The position numbers and the translations under genes are program-made. The notes under the pieces were generated by a model. The model saw only the letters and a program-made list of their open reading frames with translations, was not told where the DNA came from and searched no databases. From Leucoraja ocellata (lineage: Eukaryota), in the NCBI GenBank assembly GCA_036785375.1, contig JAWMAR010000263.1:992001-1056000 (forward strand): DNA of 64,000 nucleotides, in the 5' to 3' direction. Positions 37,001 to 49,331 of this stretch are shown here, piece by piece; the first letter of the stretch is position 1, and every line of letters begins with the position of its first letter.

Positions 37001-38379
37001 CAGACCTAAAATACCTCTGTCCTGTAGCCCGGCCTTTGAGCTTTCACCAACTTATGTGTGTCTTCCTGCTGGTGGGCGCGTGGAGGTGCTGTTGTCGTGT
37101 GTAGGAGATCCTGCCTGTTGCCGCCTTTATGAGCCCTAGGGTATTGGCCTCCTTATTGAGCTCTTTTACCTGTTTTGACAGGTTGCCCCCAAGTAGTAAT
37201 ATTGGTGGTTTAATCCCTCCAGGTCTGCACAGCTCTGCAAACTTAGGGTTTAAAGCTGGGCGGATGGTGTTCTCCTGAGACTATTAATCTCATACTTCGC
37301 ATTGCAGAATAATGCCACAGCGTCTTAGCTAAACATCCTGCCTTCTGACTCCTGTTCCAATGTGTTTTCAGACCCATTTTCCGGTGCCAAATATTTGGCA
37401 GTAGTGTCTATTACAGCCATGTTCCTGGAGTTGTTTTTAGATGTACAAACTTGGACTCCTTTTCCAGGAGGTTTCCTTGTTCTTGCACCCCCTGCACACT
37501 GATTTCTTCCTTCAGCAAAACCCCTCTTCAGAGCCAGCCCAGAATTGGCTCCCAGTACTCCCCTCTGTCGAGGGAGATGCACTGTGCAGCCCTGATAAGG
37601 TGCTGCCATGGGTGTATTATATACCCATTGTGACCCATTATATACCCATTATATACCCACAGTGGAGCATGTGCTCCATAAACCGCTCCATTTGGCCCCA
37701 GTAACGCTGGTCCCCGCGGCATTTCTTTGCAGTTCGACTTGTCAGCCAAGTCGGGCACAGCTGATCCCACTAACGGTGATCTGGTGCCATCAGCCGCTGC
37801 TGGCTGTCCGCAACTCCGCGGTTTCCCCAGCCAGTGCAGCCCTTGTGGACTCCTGTCCATATTTTCCCCCTGTAAGAAACAGACACGGGAAACAAACACG
37901 ACCGCAGTAATTCCCTTACCCGTCGGTCTTGGTTTTAAAAACTTGCCGCTGCAGGGGAATGCTCCCCCCGCCTGCCGTTTCAACTTGTCAGAGTCAACGG
38001 CTCTTGATCTGTGTATCCTTCCCGCCCAGCCGTGGTGTTGATCTGGCCGGCGCGGGTGCTAAGTCCGGCACAGCTGATCCCATTCTTGGTGATGCTGGTG
38101 CCTTCAGCTGCTGCTGCTGCTCCGCGGTCCTCCCCAGCCAGTTTTAGACGCAGCCCTTGTGGACTCTATTTTTGTCCAGTTTCCCCCTGTAAAAACAGCG
38201 CGGGAAACAAAAAATGACCGCAAAGTAATTCACTTACCTGTCGGTCGCGGTTTCAAATTTACCGCTGCGGGAGAACGTCGTTCCACCCCGTCTGTCGTCT
38301 CGCAATGCGTGAAGCGATATGACACGCATGCGTCCTGGCGGGTTCTTCACGTAGTCTCTCACGTGACTCCGAAGTAAAA
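34076..38379 (-). mobile_element. Second DIRS1-type retrotransposon, antisense in intron 2, decayed ORFs
   Basis: Same termini as 6687-11456 in reverse; ICR ~34296-34406. RNase H LQTDPS.HGW...INYLEM...LQIDNTT (35729-36028); methyltransferase-like YTFPPFCLISRVL (in ORF 35279-35560); RT KDAYHTVP near 36420-36440. Confidence 0.92.
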
Positions 38380-38802
38380 TTCAATGGAGTTGGCACTCTA
38401 TAGTCAGAGCATTATACAGCATGGAAACGGGCCCTTCAGCCCAATTTGTCTGTGCCAACCAGGATGTTCATGTAAGCGAGTCCCATTTGTCCACGTTTCA
38501 ACCATGTCCCTCAAAACCTTTCCTATTGTGTTTCAACCATTTCCAATTAAGTGTGAAACCATATAGTGCATATTTTAGGTTAAATGTAAATCTGTCTCTT
38601 ACTGCTTTGTGCTAGGATTTCACCTCTGGTAAAAACAATGCTAGAAGCAAAGAAAATGTGTTATGATTGTGCTATGCTAGTCTCCACACAGTTTATCATC
38701 TTCTGCTGACATCTGAAATAAGTCAGCAGTAAGCAAGTGGAAGACAAACATTTAGGAAAAACTTCCAATTCACTTCATATTCACTTGCTGACTAGAATAA
38801 TT

Positions 38803-39318
38803 CAAGTCAATTCAATTCAATTCAATTTAATTGTTATTTGGACCCCTTGAGGTCCAAATGAAATGCCGTTTCTGCAGCCATACATTACAAACAAATAGAC
38901 CCAAGACACAACATAATTTACATAAACATCCATCACATCGCTGTGATGGAAGGCCAAAAAAACTTATCTCTCCACTGCACTCTCCCCCCCCCCCCCCCGA
39001 TGTCAGAGTCAAAGTCAAAGCCCCCGGCTGGCGATGGCGATTGTCCCGCGGCCATTAAAGCCACGCCGGGTGGTGCGAGGTCGCACACCGGGTCTTGGTG
39101 TTAAAGCCCCCGGCGTGCGCTCGCAGAGTCCCGCGGCCATTCCAAGCCGCGCGGGGCGGTGATGTCAGGCCCCGCTCCAGGAGCTCTTCAACCCCGCAAC
39201 TTGGGCGGGAGAAGTCGCCGTTGCAGGAGCCCTGAAAAGCGGTCTCCCTCGAGGGACCCGCGGGCTCCCGGTGCCGCCGTCCGCCAAACCCGCAGTTGCA
39301 GCCTCCGAATCTCCGGAT
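38803..39318 (-). mobile_element. GC-rich retroposon 3' fragment with pentamer tail
   Basis: (ttcaa)n at the left end followed by a GC-rich body. Confidence 0.5.
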
Positions 39319-39439
39319 TATGAACCATAATTATGAGAATGTAGAATTACTTACAGCAGTTTTAAATTGCAATAATATTAGATTATTGTTACTAATTTGT
39401 TCTATGTTTACCTGTTTCTGATAACAAACATTACACAGA

Positions 39440-39565
39440 CAGAAGAAGGGTTTTGGCCCAAAACGTTACCTATTTCCTTTGCTCCATAGATGCTGCCTCA
39501 CCCGCTGAGTTTCTCCAGCATTTTTGTCTACCATCGATTTTCCAGCATCTGCAGTTCTTTCTTAC
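39440..39565 (+). mobile_element. Short Penelope-derived element
   Basis: agaagaagggttttggcccaaaacgtt...ccagcatctgcagttc; ttacacaga on both sides. Confidence 0.8.
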
Positions 39566-39754
39566 ACAGATGATTGCTTTGTTGCAGAATATTGTGCAGT
39601 AACTTAATGTAGCTTTTCTTGGAATTAGGATTTTCAGACTGATTCTGCTTTCTTGACATTCCTCCTTTGTATTTTAATAGAAGCTAATTAACAAATAGTG
39701 GAACTTTTATTCATGTTCATTAAGCTTTTGCTGGTTAATAATTTAGAGTTGCTT

Positions 39755-40065
39755 GGTGGCGCAGCGGTAGAGTTGCTGCCTTACAGTGCCAGATTCCTGG
39801 GTTCGATCCTGACTATGGGTACTGCATGTACGCAGTTTGTACTTTCTCCCCATGACCTGCAAAGGTTTTCTCTGGAAGCGCCAGTTTCCTCCCAAACTCC
39901 AAAAACGTACAGGTTTGAAGGTGAATTGGCTTGGTGTCAATGTAAATTGTCCCTAGTGTGTGTAGGATAATGTTAATGTGCGGGGATCGCTGGTCGGCGC
40001 GGACCTGGTGGCCCGAAGGGCCTGTTTCTACGCTGTATTTCTAAACTAAACAAAACTAAACTAGA
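39755..40065 (+). mobile_element. tRNA-derived V-domain SINE
   Basis: Box A ggtggcgcagcgg, box B ggttcgatcc, taaac tail. Confidence 0.85.
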
Positions 40066-40640
40066 CTAATTCTGTACTTGAAATGCCTGTAGCACCAGTG
40101 CAGGTTAGTTAGCAAAACTCAGCTCCTTATACAGCCTGCCGCAAATTCACATAATCACTTTGCCATATTTTTCTGCTAGGATAGGTGTGAAAAACACCTC
40201 ACGGTAGACTATGTGAACTTCTATAGTTGCAAATATCCTCTGGTGCTTCACATTCATCTAACCTCTGGGAAATATGGATCTGGTTTTCAAAAACCTTGAA
40301 AGTGTTGCATAAACGGTCATATTCAGTAATTGCAAGATAACGTACTGGAGTTTTATGGTCTGCTATCATCCCGTTAAATTTGTAAATCATACTTCCCAAT
40401 GGCCTCCAAACACTAATACTGTTGCTGCTCCTCAGCAGGGAGTTCAAGTATGGTGTCTGCAGCTTTCACCGTGCAAGATCTCCGCTAGGTTGCCCTGATA
40501 ACTCAGCCTGTGCCCCTTTTCCGGGGTTATGTCCGCGCCCGGGTGGTACTAGAGCGGGGCTACGTGCTGTCCACGGGGGGATTGGGGGGGATTTCTGGCT
40601 CTGATGGGCACAGCGGGGGGTGGAATGCTTTCTTAACAAG

Positions 40641-41679
40641 TAGCAATGTTACAAAATTTTGAGATTTAAAAAATCAAGTCTGCAATTTATCCCATCAGAT
40701 AAAGCACAAAAATAAGTTTAATTTGACACCTAATTCACTTTCATATCTTCAGTATTAAAACAGTTATGGCCATTTTCATACTCGGAAATTAGCATCTTGT
40801 TCCCTATTGATTTTCCACTGACTTAACACAAAAGCTGTGATCAAGGACAGTGAAATGGCCATAACTTTCTTAAAAATTAAGAGAACTGAAAGAAAATTTC
40901 AGTTATTATAAATTGAAGCATTCTGAAACAAATATGAAACAATCTTACTTGGATGACCTGAAATTAAAGCATATAATTAGTTAGTTACCCAATTGTAGCT
41001 AATTCCAAACTTCAATTACTAGATCTAAACATCTATCCATTTCTTAAGAAAAGATTAACATTTTTAAATAGCCTAAGTGTCCAAATAACATTCACAAAGA
41101 ATTCACAACAAAACATGATTTTTAAATCTCATTTACATTAATTTATAGGCCAAATGGAAGGAATTTAGTGTTTAACTGCTGTAAATTAATGGCCATTTAA
41201 ATCAGCTTTCAAGTGGGATCCTGTGGAACTTCGTGGAACGCGCCCATTGCGGTAGATTTGTACCCCATATGCCCAGAAAAATACTGTGGGATTTAATGGG
41301 GACCCAAATTAGCTACTCGTAACATACAACTTTGTATAAAGGGATCTTAAGAAGCGCTTTTTAATGTAAAAATAAACAACCTACCTTCCATTGTCCCCTG
41401 TATGAGATCCGTCCCATTGTTGGCGGTCGCGGGTTTCGAGGATAATTTTTAACCTACTATAACAATTAAATTAACCAATTAAGTTTAAAAATAACTGCAG
41501 CGAATGAATCTCGCAGCGATTTTTCATCAGCAACTAAGTAGGCTGAACAACCTCGATTTGAATAGCCAAGGGAAAATCGCGTTTTAAACCCGCCCCCCTC
41601 TCAACGGCGCCAAAACCACGCACACACGGGCTTGGACAGATCTGCAGCCCCACTGAAGGTAGGTTTTGCAACATACCTA
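40641..41679. mobile_element. Non-autonomous DNA-transposon-like element (~1 kb)
   Basis: Imperfect TIR tagcaatgttacaaaa / ttttgcaacataccta; direct repeat taacaag (40634-40640, 41680-41686). Confidence 0.6.
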
Positions 41680-42274
41680 TAACAAGGATGGGGGAAATAT
41701 TTATCTAATGTTCATTTTATTAGTTTTACTTGTACTGTAGTGGCCGTTTGTTTGAATTGTTTAGTGTTGTAAATAGCATTGTAAATAATTGAATTAATCT
41801 ACAGTGTATTTTTGGTTTAAAAAAAAGATAACTCTGCCTGTTGACACTTGAAACCAACGTTGATATGTTGACCTCTTGGGCAGTATCCCGGAGACTGGGT
41901 GCTGCCCTTGGACCACATCTCAGCATGCGTTGTGACTCCAGGAAAGGAGCGAAGCAAATTAGGAGTGAAAAAAGGCTAACAAAAACGGAGCAGCTGTTCC
42001 TCTGCCGTTCTGCTCCGCGCCAACAAGAGGCTAAAATGACAAAGGATTAAGTAACCTTGGTGAAAACAATTATGGCCCACTGTGGATCGGCTACCAGTGT
42101 TGACATGCAAATGCAAGGCAGTAGAAAGTGACAGGTTGACTGACATGTCTGAAGGGGAATGCCAATGGGTGGGGGAAATGTGGTCGAGGATAAAAGCAAA
42201 ACTCTGAGGATCCAACAGGAAAAGGTTTTGTCAGCTTTCTTAACCTTTCAAGGGATCAAATGAAAATAAAGCAT

Positions 42275-42592
42275 TTTAGTTTAGTTTAGTTTAGTTTAGA
42301 GATACAGCGTGGAAACAGGCCCTTCAGCCCACCCAGTCCACACCGCCAGCGATCCCAGCTCATTAACATTATCCTACACACACGAAGCACAATTTATACT
42401 TGTACCAAGTCACTTAACCTACAAACCCGTACGTCTTTGGAGTGTGGGAGGAAACCAAAGAACTCGGAGAAAACCCACGCTGTCACGGGGATAACGTAAA
42501 ACTCCACAAAGACAGCACCCATGGTCAGGATCGAACCTGGCCCTTTGGTGCTGCAAGCGCTGTAAGGCAGCAACTCTGCCACCGTGCCGCCC
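42275..42592 (-). mobile_element. tRNA-derived V-domain SINE
   Basis: (ttagt)n tail; gtctttggagtgtgggaggaaacc; ggatcgaacc. Confidence 0.85.
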
Positions 42593-42622
42593 TGTAGTTT
42601 AGGTGTGTGTGGTATTGTGTGT

Positions 42623-44992
42623 GGACGTGGCGCCGACAGACAAGTAGCCGAACCAAAGAAGTCGAAGCCAAAGAACTGAATAGAAATGAGGCCGAAAGGC
42701 CAAAGAACCGAAAGGGTCCGAAGACGAAACGCCTACTAACCGTAAGGATGGGACGCTTAAATGCAAACTAACTGAAAGGGCGGGACGCCTATAAACCAAC
42801 AAACCGAAAGGCTGCATCATCTTAAAGCAAACTTACCGAATGGCCGCTCTGTCGAAACGCCACCTACCCGAAAGGCGGCGTCGCCTACAGGCCAAAGGAC
42901 TGACTGCCGCTCAACTGAAACGTCCAATAACAGACTTGCCGTTGCCGGGGGACGGGAAATGTCAGCGATTGGTCCAGACCCCCGCGTCCATCACATCACT
43001 GTGAAGGCATGAACATTGTCCCAAACCTCCGCTCCACCCGACCCGCAGCCCGCGGAGGGTGGCCGTGGGAGAGTGGGGGCTGTCCCGAGGGATGCACACC
43101 TTTGGCCACTTTCAACTTGGTGCTTGGGTTCAGATTGCCCAGTCACCTATGGCTTGTGTGGGAAAATGAACCCCACGCTCCCGTCTCCCCCTTCTCTCTC
43201 CCCCTCTCTCTCTCTCCCTTCTCTCTCTCCCTTCTCTCTCCTCCTCTCTCTCCCCTCTTGCTCCATTCTTCTCTCCCCCCCCCCCACCCGCTTTCTCCCC
43301 TTCTCTCTCTCTCCCCCCCCCTTCTCTCCCCCATCTCTCTCTCCTCCGTCTCTACTCGCGGGAGCGTCCCACAGTCATTGACCGCGATGCACCGCCATCG
43401 GACCCCAACCCCCACACTAGGGTGACTTGCCACCCCCTCCCCCGACCCCCGGACTTTGACACCCACACCAGGCTGACCTTCCCCGGCCATGGGAACAGAC
43501 GCTTTATTTATTACCGTCTCGGTGTTTGCGGAACGCACCCAAGCTCCCACGCACAAAACAGGCAGCATCTCTGGAGAGAAGGAATGGGTGACGTTTCGTG
43601 CCGAGACCATTCTTCAGAGTGCGTCTGAAAGGTCTGGACCCGAAACGCCACCCATTCTCTCCAGAGATGCTGCCTGTTCAGCTGAGTTACTCCAGCATTT
43701 TGTGTCTATCTTTTGTGTCCATCTCCGAATGTAAGAACAATTTATACATGTAATACATGATATACACCAGATAAATAACCAGGTATAAATGTATATCATG
43801 TACAGGTGCACAACCTTTTATCCGAAAGCCTTGGGACCAGACACTTGTCGGATTTCGGACATTTTCGGATTTCCGAATGGAAGATTTTTAGCGTAGATTA
43901 GGTAGGTAGCGCGGGCGGCTTGAAAAGTCTGGAGCGACTGCCTCCTCCCTGGAGACCGGGGAATCATTGTAAATCATTGCATAAATGTTAGTCAGTTAGT
44001 TTGGAGGGATTTTATGTGGTGGTGGTGGGGTGGGTGGGTGAAGGGGGAAACTTTAATTCTTAGTCCCCTACCTGGTCGGCGACTCCCAACATCGCGGAGC
44101 TGGGGGCTCTGTCCGGGCCGCGGGCGGCGCCGGTTGGAGCTCCGACCCCGGCAACTCTACCCCTGGCTGCGCGGCTCCAAATCCAGCACCACCCGCGGTC
44201 GGACGCCCGCAGCCCCAGCTCCGCGAATGTTGGGAGAAGGCGGACTCCGCGCCCTGGAACTTACCGCACAGCGACCCGGTAAGGCATTGCCCATTTCCCG
44301 CTGGTATCCCAGCGCTGCGACGCCGCCGACTCGGAGTCAGTGGGTCGGAGCTACAACCGGCGCCGCCCACAGCCCCAGCTGGGAGTTGGCGGCCACAGCG
44401 CTGCGGAGCTTACTGCACGGCGACCCGGTAAGGCATTGACCGCTCCCCGTCTCTCCGACCAGGTAGGGAACTAAGAATTAAAGTTTACCCTTCAACCCCC
44501 CCCCTTCACATAAAAGCCCTCCAAACTAACTGACTAACATTTAAGCAATGATTTACAGATGTTTAAGTGTCTCCCCGGTCTCCGGGGAGGAGGCAGCCGC
44601 TACAGTAGTACAGACCTGGGTTGACCGTGGGTCGTTTCGGGTCAAGTTTGGTGCCAGACGCGAGTTTTGGTGTGCAGACGATATCCTGGAAAAAATGGTC
44701 GGTTTTCGGAGTTTTTCGGTTTCCGGAACACCGGATAAAAGGTTGTGCACCTGTATTACATGTATAAATCGTTCTTACCTTCCGGAACATGGTTAAGTAA
44801 CTGGTTGCATTATTTCCCTGTCCTAACAGCCTTTGTTTAAACCGGTGATTACATCCATTCCATCCCTCCCTCGCAAAGATGTGGTATTTCAATTTGAGCG
44901 CACTTGTTTGATTAGATGCAAGCGGCATGTACGGCGTCTCTCCTTGGCTTCGACTTCTTTGCTTCAGCTTCTTGTCTGTCGGCGCCACGACC
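42623..44992. mobile_element. 2.4-kb composite TIR element with a subterminal repeat array; superfamily unresolved
   Basis: ~46-bp inverted repeat cgtggcgccgacagacaagtagccgaaccaaagaagtcgaagccaa (42626-42671) vs 44944-44989; no clean TSD. Confidence 0.7.
43803..44753. mobile_element. Tc1/mariner/pogo-like MITE
   Basis: TIR caggtgcacaaccttttatccg / cggataaaaggttgtgcacctg, TA on both sides. Confidence 0.88.
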
Positions 44993-45359
44993 GGGTACCG
45001 TGTAGTATGGTGCTGCTTTTTAGGTAAATAAAATGCAGCTAATTGAAATGTAGTTAATTAAATTAATGAGTGCAATTTGTCTGGGAGTTCTTAGTTTCTG
45101 CTCAGAGTGAGTTCTTCCAGGAGACATCATCTCTTGCTATGCGATTGGCAATCGTCCATCAATTCAGCTCCATATTAAAGTAAAGCTTTTATCATAGTGG
45201 AGTCTAATCAATTTCTCATTTTTCCATTCACTTTCCTCACGCTTCACTGACCCTTTAGATTATTTTTCATTGAATTTTTAGCAAGTGGATAGAAGTTGTT
45301 TTAACAAAGGGACAGATATCAACTGAGTCCTTTAAGAGAATAAAGATCTTTGATAATTC

Positions 45360-46225
45360 TTTAGGAAACGGGAGTTCCTCGCTTCCATTATAGATGAGGC
45401 TCTCACTAGGGTCTCACTAGGGTCTCCTCGATATCCTTGTCCCCCTTGTACTCATCTTCTACCCCATTAGCCGTCGCATACAGCATCTTATCCTCGCCAC
45501 CTCCAACGGGATCCCACTACTGGCCACATCTTCCCATCTCCACTCCTTTTTGCTTTCCACAGAGACTGTTCCCTCCGTAACTCCCTGGTCAACTCGTCCT
45601 TTCTCACCCAAACCACCCCCTCCCCAGGTACTTTCTCCTGCAACTGCAGGAGCTGCAACACCTGTCCCTTGACATCCCCCCTCGACTCCATCCAAGGACC
45701 CAAATAGTCTTTCCAGGTGAGGCAGAGGTTCACCTGCACCGCCTCGAACCTCATTTACTGTATCCGCTGTTCCAGGTGTCAACTTCTCTACATCGGCGAG
45801 ACCAAGCGCAGGCTCGGCGATCGTTTCACTGAACACCTCCGCTCAGTCCGTCTTAACCAACCTGATCTCCCAGTGGCCCAACACTTCAACTCCCCTTCCC
45901 ATTCCCAATCTGACCTTTCTGTCCTGGGCCTCCTCCATTGTAAGAGTGCGTCCCACCGCAAATTGCAGGAACAACACCTCATATTTCGCTTGGGTAGCTT
46001 ATACCCCAGCAGTATGAACATTAACTTCAGATAGCCCTTACTTTCTCTCTCCATCCCCTTCCAAGTTCTCCCACTAGTCTTACTGTCTCCTACTACATTC
46101 TATCTTTGTCCCGCCCCCTCCCCTGACATCATGTCTGAAGAAGGGTTTTGACCTGAAACGTCGCCCATTCCTCTCCAGAGATGCTGCCTCACCCGCTGAG
46201 TTACTCCAGTATTTTGTATCTACCA
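45360..46225 (+). mobile_element. Penelope-like element 3' part with GIY-YIG endonuclease
   Basis: CNCRSCNTC, then FTCTASNLIYCIRCSRCQLLYIGETKRRLGDRFTEHLRS...VAQHFN; terminal ctgaagaaggg...gaaacgtc motif. Confidence 0.9.
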
Positions 46226-46266
46226 AAGATCTTTGACGCCAATGTTGTCCTGATATTTGCCTGTTA

Positions 46267-46982
46267 CAAGTCAAGTCAAGTTTATTCATCACATACATAT
46301 ACAAGATGTGCAGTGAAATGAAAAGTGGCAATGCTCGTGGACTTTGTGCAAAAAACAAACAAACAAACAAAAAAAACCACAAACAGAATGGAACAGAATC
46401 ACATATTCTTTTACATATTACATATTGTGGGAGGAAGGAAAAAGGGAAACAAAAAAAAACAGCAATTTAAAAAAACAGTAAAATGGTACAGTAAAGTTAG
46501 TCCCTGGTGAGATAGGAGTTTACAGTCCTAATGGCCTCTGGGAAGAAACTCCTTCTCAACCTCTCCGTTCTCACAGCATGGCAATGGAGGCGTTTGCCTG
46601 ACTGTAGTAGCTGGAACCGCCCGTTGCAGGGGTGGAAGGGGTTTCCCATGATCTTATTGGCTCTGGAGTTACACCTTCTGATGTATAGATCCAGTAGAGG
46701 GGCGAGTGTAGTTCCCATAGTGCGTTCGGCCGAATGAACTACTCTCTGCAGAGACTTCTTGTCCTGGGCAGAGCAGTTCCCAAACCAAATCGTGATATTT
46801 CCGGACAAGATGCTTTCCACAGCCGCTGAGTAGAAGCACTGGAGGATCCTCAGAGACACTCTGAATTTCCTCAATTGCCTGAGGTGGCAAAGGCTTGCCT
46901 TACTCACGAGTGCTGCGGCGTGTGATGTCCATGTCATATCCTCAGAGATGTGGACTCCCAGGTATTTAAAATAGCTCACCCT
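46267..46982 (-). mobile_element. Rex1/Babar-like LINE 3' fragment
   Basis: FKYLGVHISEDMTW...LRQLRKF...FYSAAVESIL...WFGNCS...RLRRSFFPEAIR; (caagt)n tail. Confidence 0.85.
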
Positions 46983-47669
46983 TTATGACTTAGCTGTTAT
47001 TAATGGAAATTTGACATCTAATCTTGATTTCCTTTCTTGATCAACATTTTTGAATCACAAAGTGGACCATATAATTGCCGAATTCTCCTAGTATAGAAAG
47101 ATGAGAAAACTGCAGCAATATACATATATATATATATATATACATATATACGTGAAAGAGGGAAAGGGTTGACTCAAGCAAGTAATGGTGTCACAAACAC
47201 ATGGATTAGAGTTTTTCAGAGAAATACAATAATGCAATAGAGGAAATAAAAAAAATATGGATTGAGAAAAGACCTTTAGACGTTCAGCACATTTCAAACA
47301 CAGAAAACTATTATTGGTTTCATAATATACTTTGCTTCTTCTCAAATACATTTTGAGTAATTACAACACCATAGAAGCAACAATGACAAATTGAAAATAA
47401 TTAAAGATGCTGAGGTCTGAAGAAGGGTCTCGACCCAAAACGTCACTCACTCTTTCTCTCCAGAGATGCTGCCTGGCCCGCTGAGTTACACCAGCATTTT
47501 GTGTCTTTGAAGATTCATCAGTGTTAATTTGTAATTTCATTATTTCAGTAAGACATGACCCTTGGCTCAAGTATCAATAGATTAGTACAGAGGAATCCAT
47601 GAGTATGTCATAGAGTCATGGAGCATGGAAACAGGCCCTTCGGCCCAACTTGCCCGTGCTTACCAAGAT

Positions 47670-48313
47670 ACATAGAAACATAGAAACATAGAAATTAGGT
47701 GCAGGAGTAGGCCATTCGGCCCTTCGAGCCTGCACCGCCATTCAATATGATCATGGCTGATCATCCAACTCAGTATCCCGTACCTGCCTTCTCTCCATAC
47801 CCTCTGATCCCCTTAGCCACAAGGGCCACATCTAACTCCCTCTTAAATATAGCCAATGAACTGGCCTCGACTACCCTCTGTGGCAGAGAGTTCCAGAGAT
47901 TCACCACTCTCTGTGTGAAAAAAGTTCTTCTCATCTCAGTTTTAAAAGATTTCCCCCTTATCCCTAAGCTGTGACCCCTTGTCCTGGACTTCCCCAACAT
48001 TGGGAGCAATCTTCCTGCATCTAGCCTGTCCAACCCCTTAAGAATTTTGTAAGTTTCTATAAGATCCCCTCTCAATCTCCTAAATTCTAGAGAGTATAAA
48101 CCAAGTCTATCCAGTCTTTCTTCATAAGACAGTCCTGACATCCCAGGAATCAGTCTGGTGAACCTTCTCTGCACTCCCTCTACGGCAATAATGCCCTTCC
48201 TCAGATTTGGAGACCAAAACTGTACGCAATACTCCAGGTGTGGTCTCACCAAGACCCTGTACAACTGCAGTAGAACCTCCCTGCTCCTATACTCAAATCC
48301 TTTTGCTATGAAA
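47670..48313 (-). mobile_element. Young CR1 3' fragment
   Basis: Open 184-aa ORF nearly identical to the 2400-2929 region; (tagaaaca)n tail. Confidence 0.93.
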
Positions 48314-49331
48314 CTATGCTGCAACTATGCTTGTCCCACCTGCCGCATTTGACCCATATCCCTGTAAAACTTTCCTATCCATGTACTCCCCAAATATCTT
48401 TGAAATGTTATCATAGTACTATGTCAATGATTTGGATAGAATGTACACGGCATGATTGGCAAATTGGTAGATGACACTAAACTGTGTGACATAGTAGATA
48501 GCGAAGTTAGTTATCAAAACATTACAGCAGAATCTTAATTAGCTGGGCAAGTGGGCTGAGATAATGGTTAATAGACTTTAATACAGATAAGTGTGAGGTG
48601 TTGCATTTTGGAAAGTCAAACCATGCAGGACCTTGCAAGTGAATGGCAGGGCTCTGATGTGTGTTGTGGAGCAGAAGGGTTTAGGCATGCAAGTCCATTG
48701 TTCCCTGAAAGTGGCATCACAGGTTGAAAGGGTGGGCAAGAAGTCTTTTACATTGGCCTGCATCACTCAGGGTATTGAGTTTGGAGGTTGGAATGTTCTG
48801 TTACAATTGTACAAGACATTGGTGGAGCAGTGTTCAGTTTTGGTCACCCTGCTATTAGAAGGGTGGCATTATGCTGGAAAGAATGCAGGGAAGATTTACG
48901 AGGATGTTGCCTGGACTTGAGAGTCTAAACAACAGGGGGAGGTTGGGCAAACTAGCTATCCCTGGATCTCATGTATTCTAACTTTCCAGAGCAACCTACT
49001 ACTTGGAACCTTATCAAAGGATTCTTAAGGCAAGATCTCTCACAGACAAAACCATGCTGATTATTCTTAATTACTTCCTAAAAAGTGAAAATATCATATC
49101 TCGCAGAGTCCTCTTCAGTAACCGCCACAGATGTGAGGCTCACTGGTCTAACGTTCCCAGGCCTTTCCTTGCAACCCTTCTTAAATAGAGGCTACACATC
49201 AACCTTCTGGCACCTCACTAGATATATATGCATGATGTTTAATGATCATGCATATACTATCTCAGCCAGGGTTCCTATAATTTCTTCTCTAGCTTCCCAT
49301 TGTGTCCTCAGATTATCTGATCAGGCCTGGG

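Noticed and set aside
33255-42592. tRNA genes from box A/B motifs
   Set aside because: The motifs are SINE heads followed by a V-domain and LINE-like tail, with no cloverleaf
42668-42907. CRISPR array
   Set aside because: Vertebrate context, 16-bp degenerate repeats, mutually related spacers, no cas genes, and attached to a TIR
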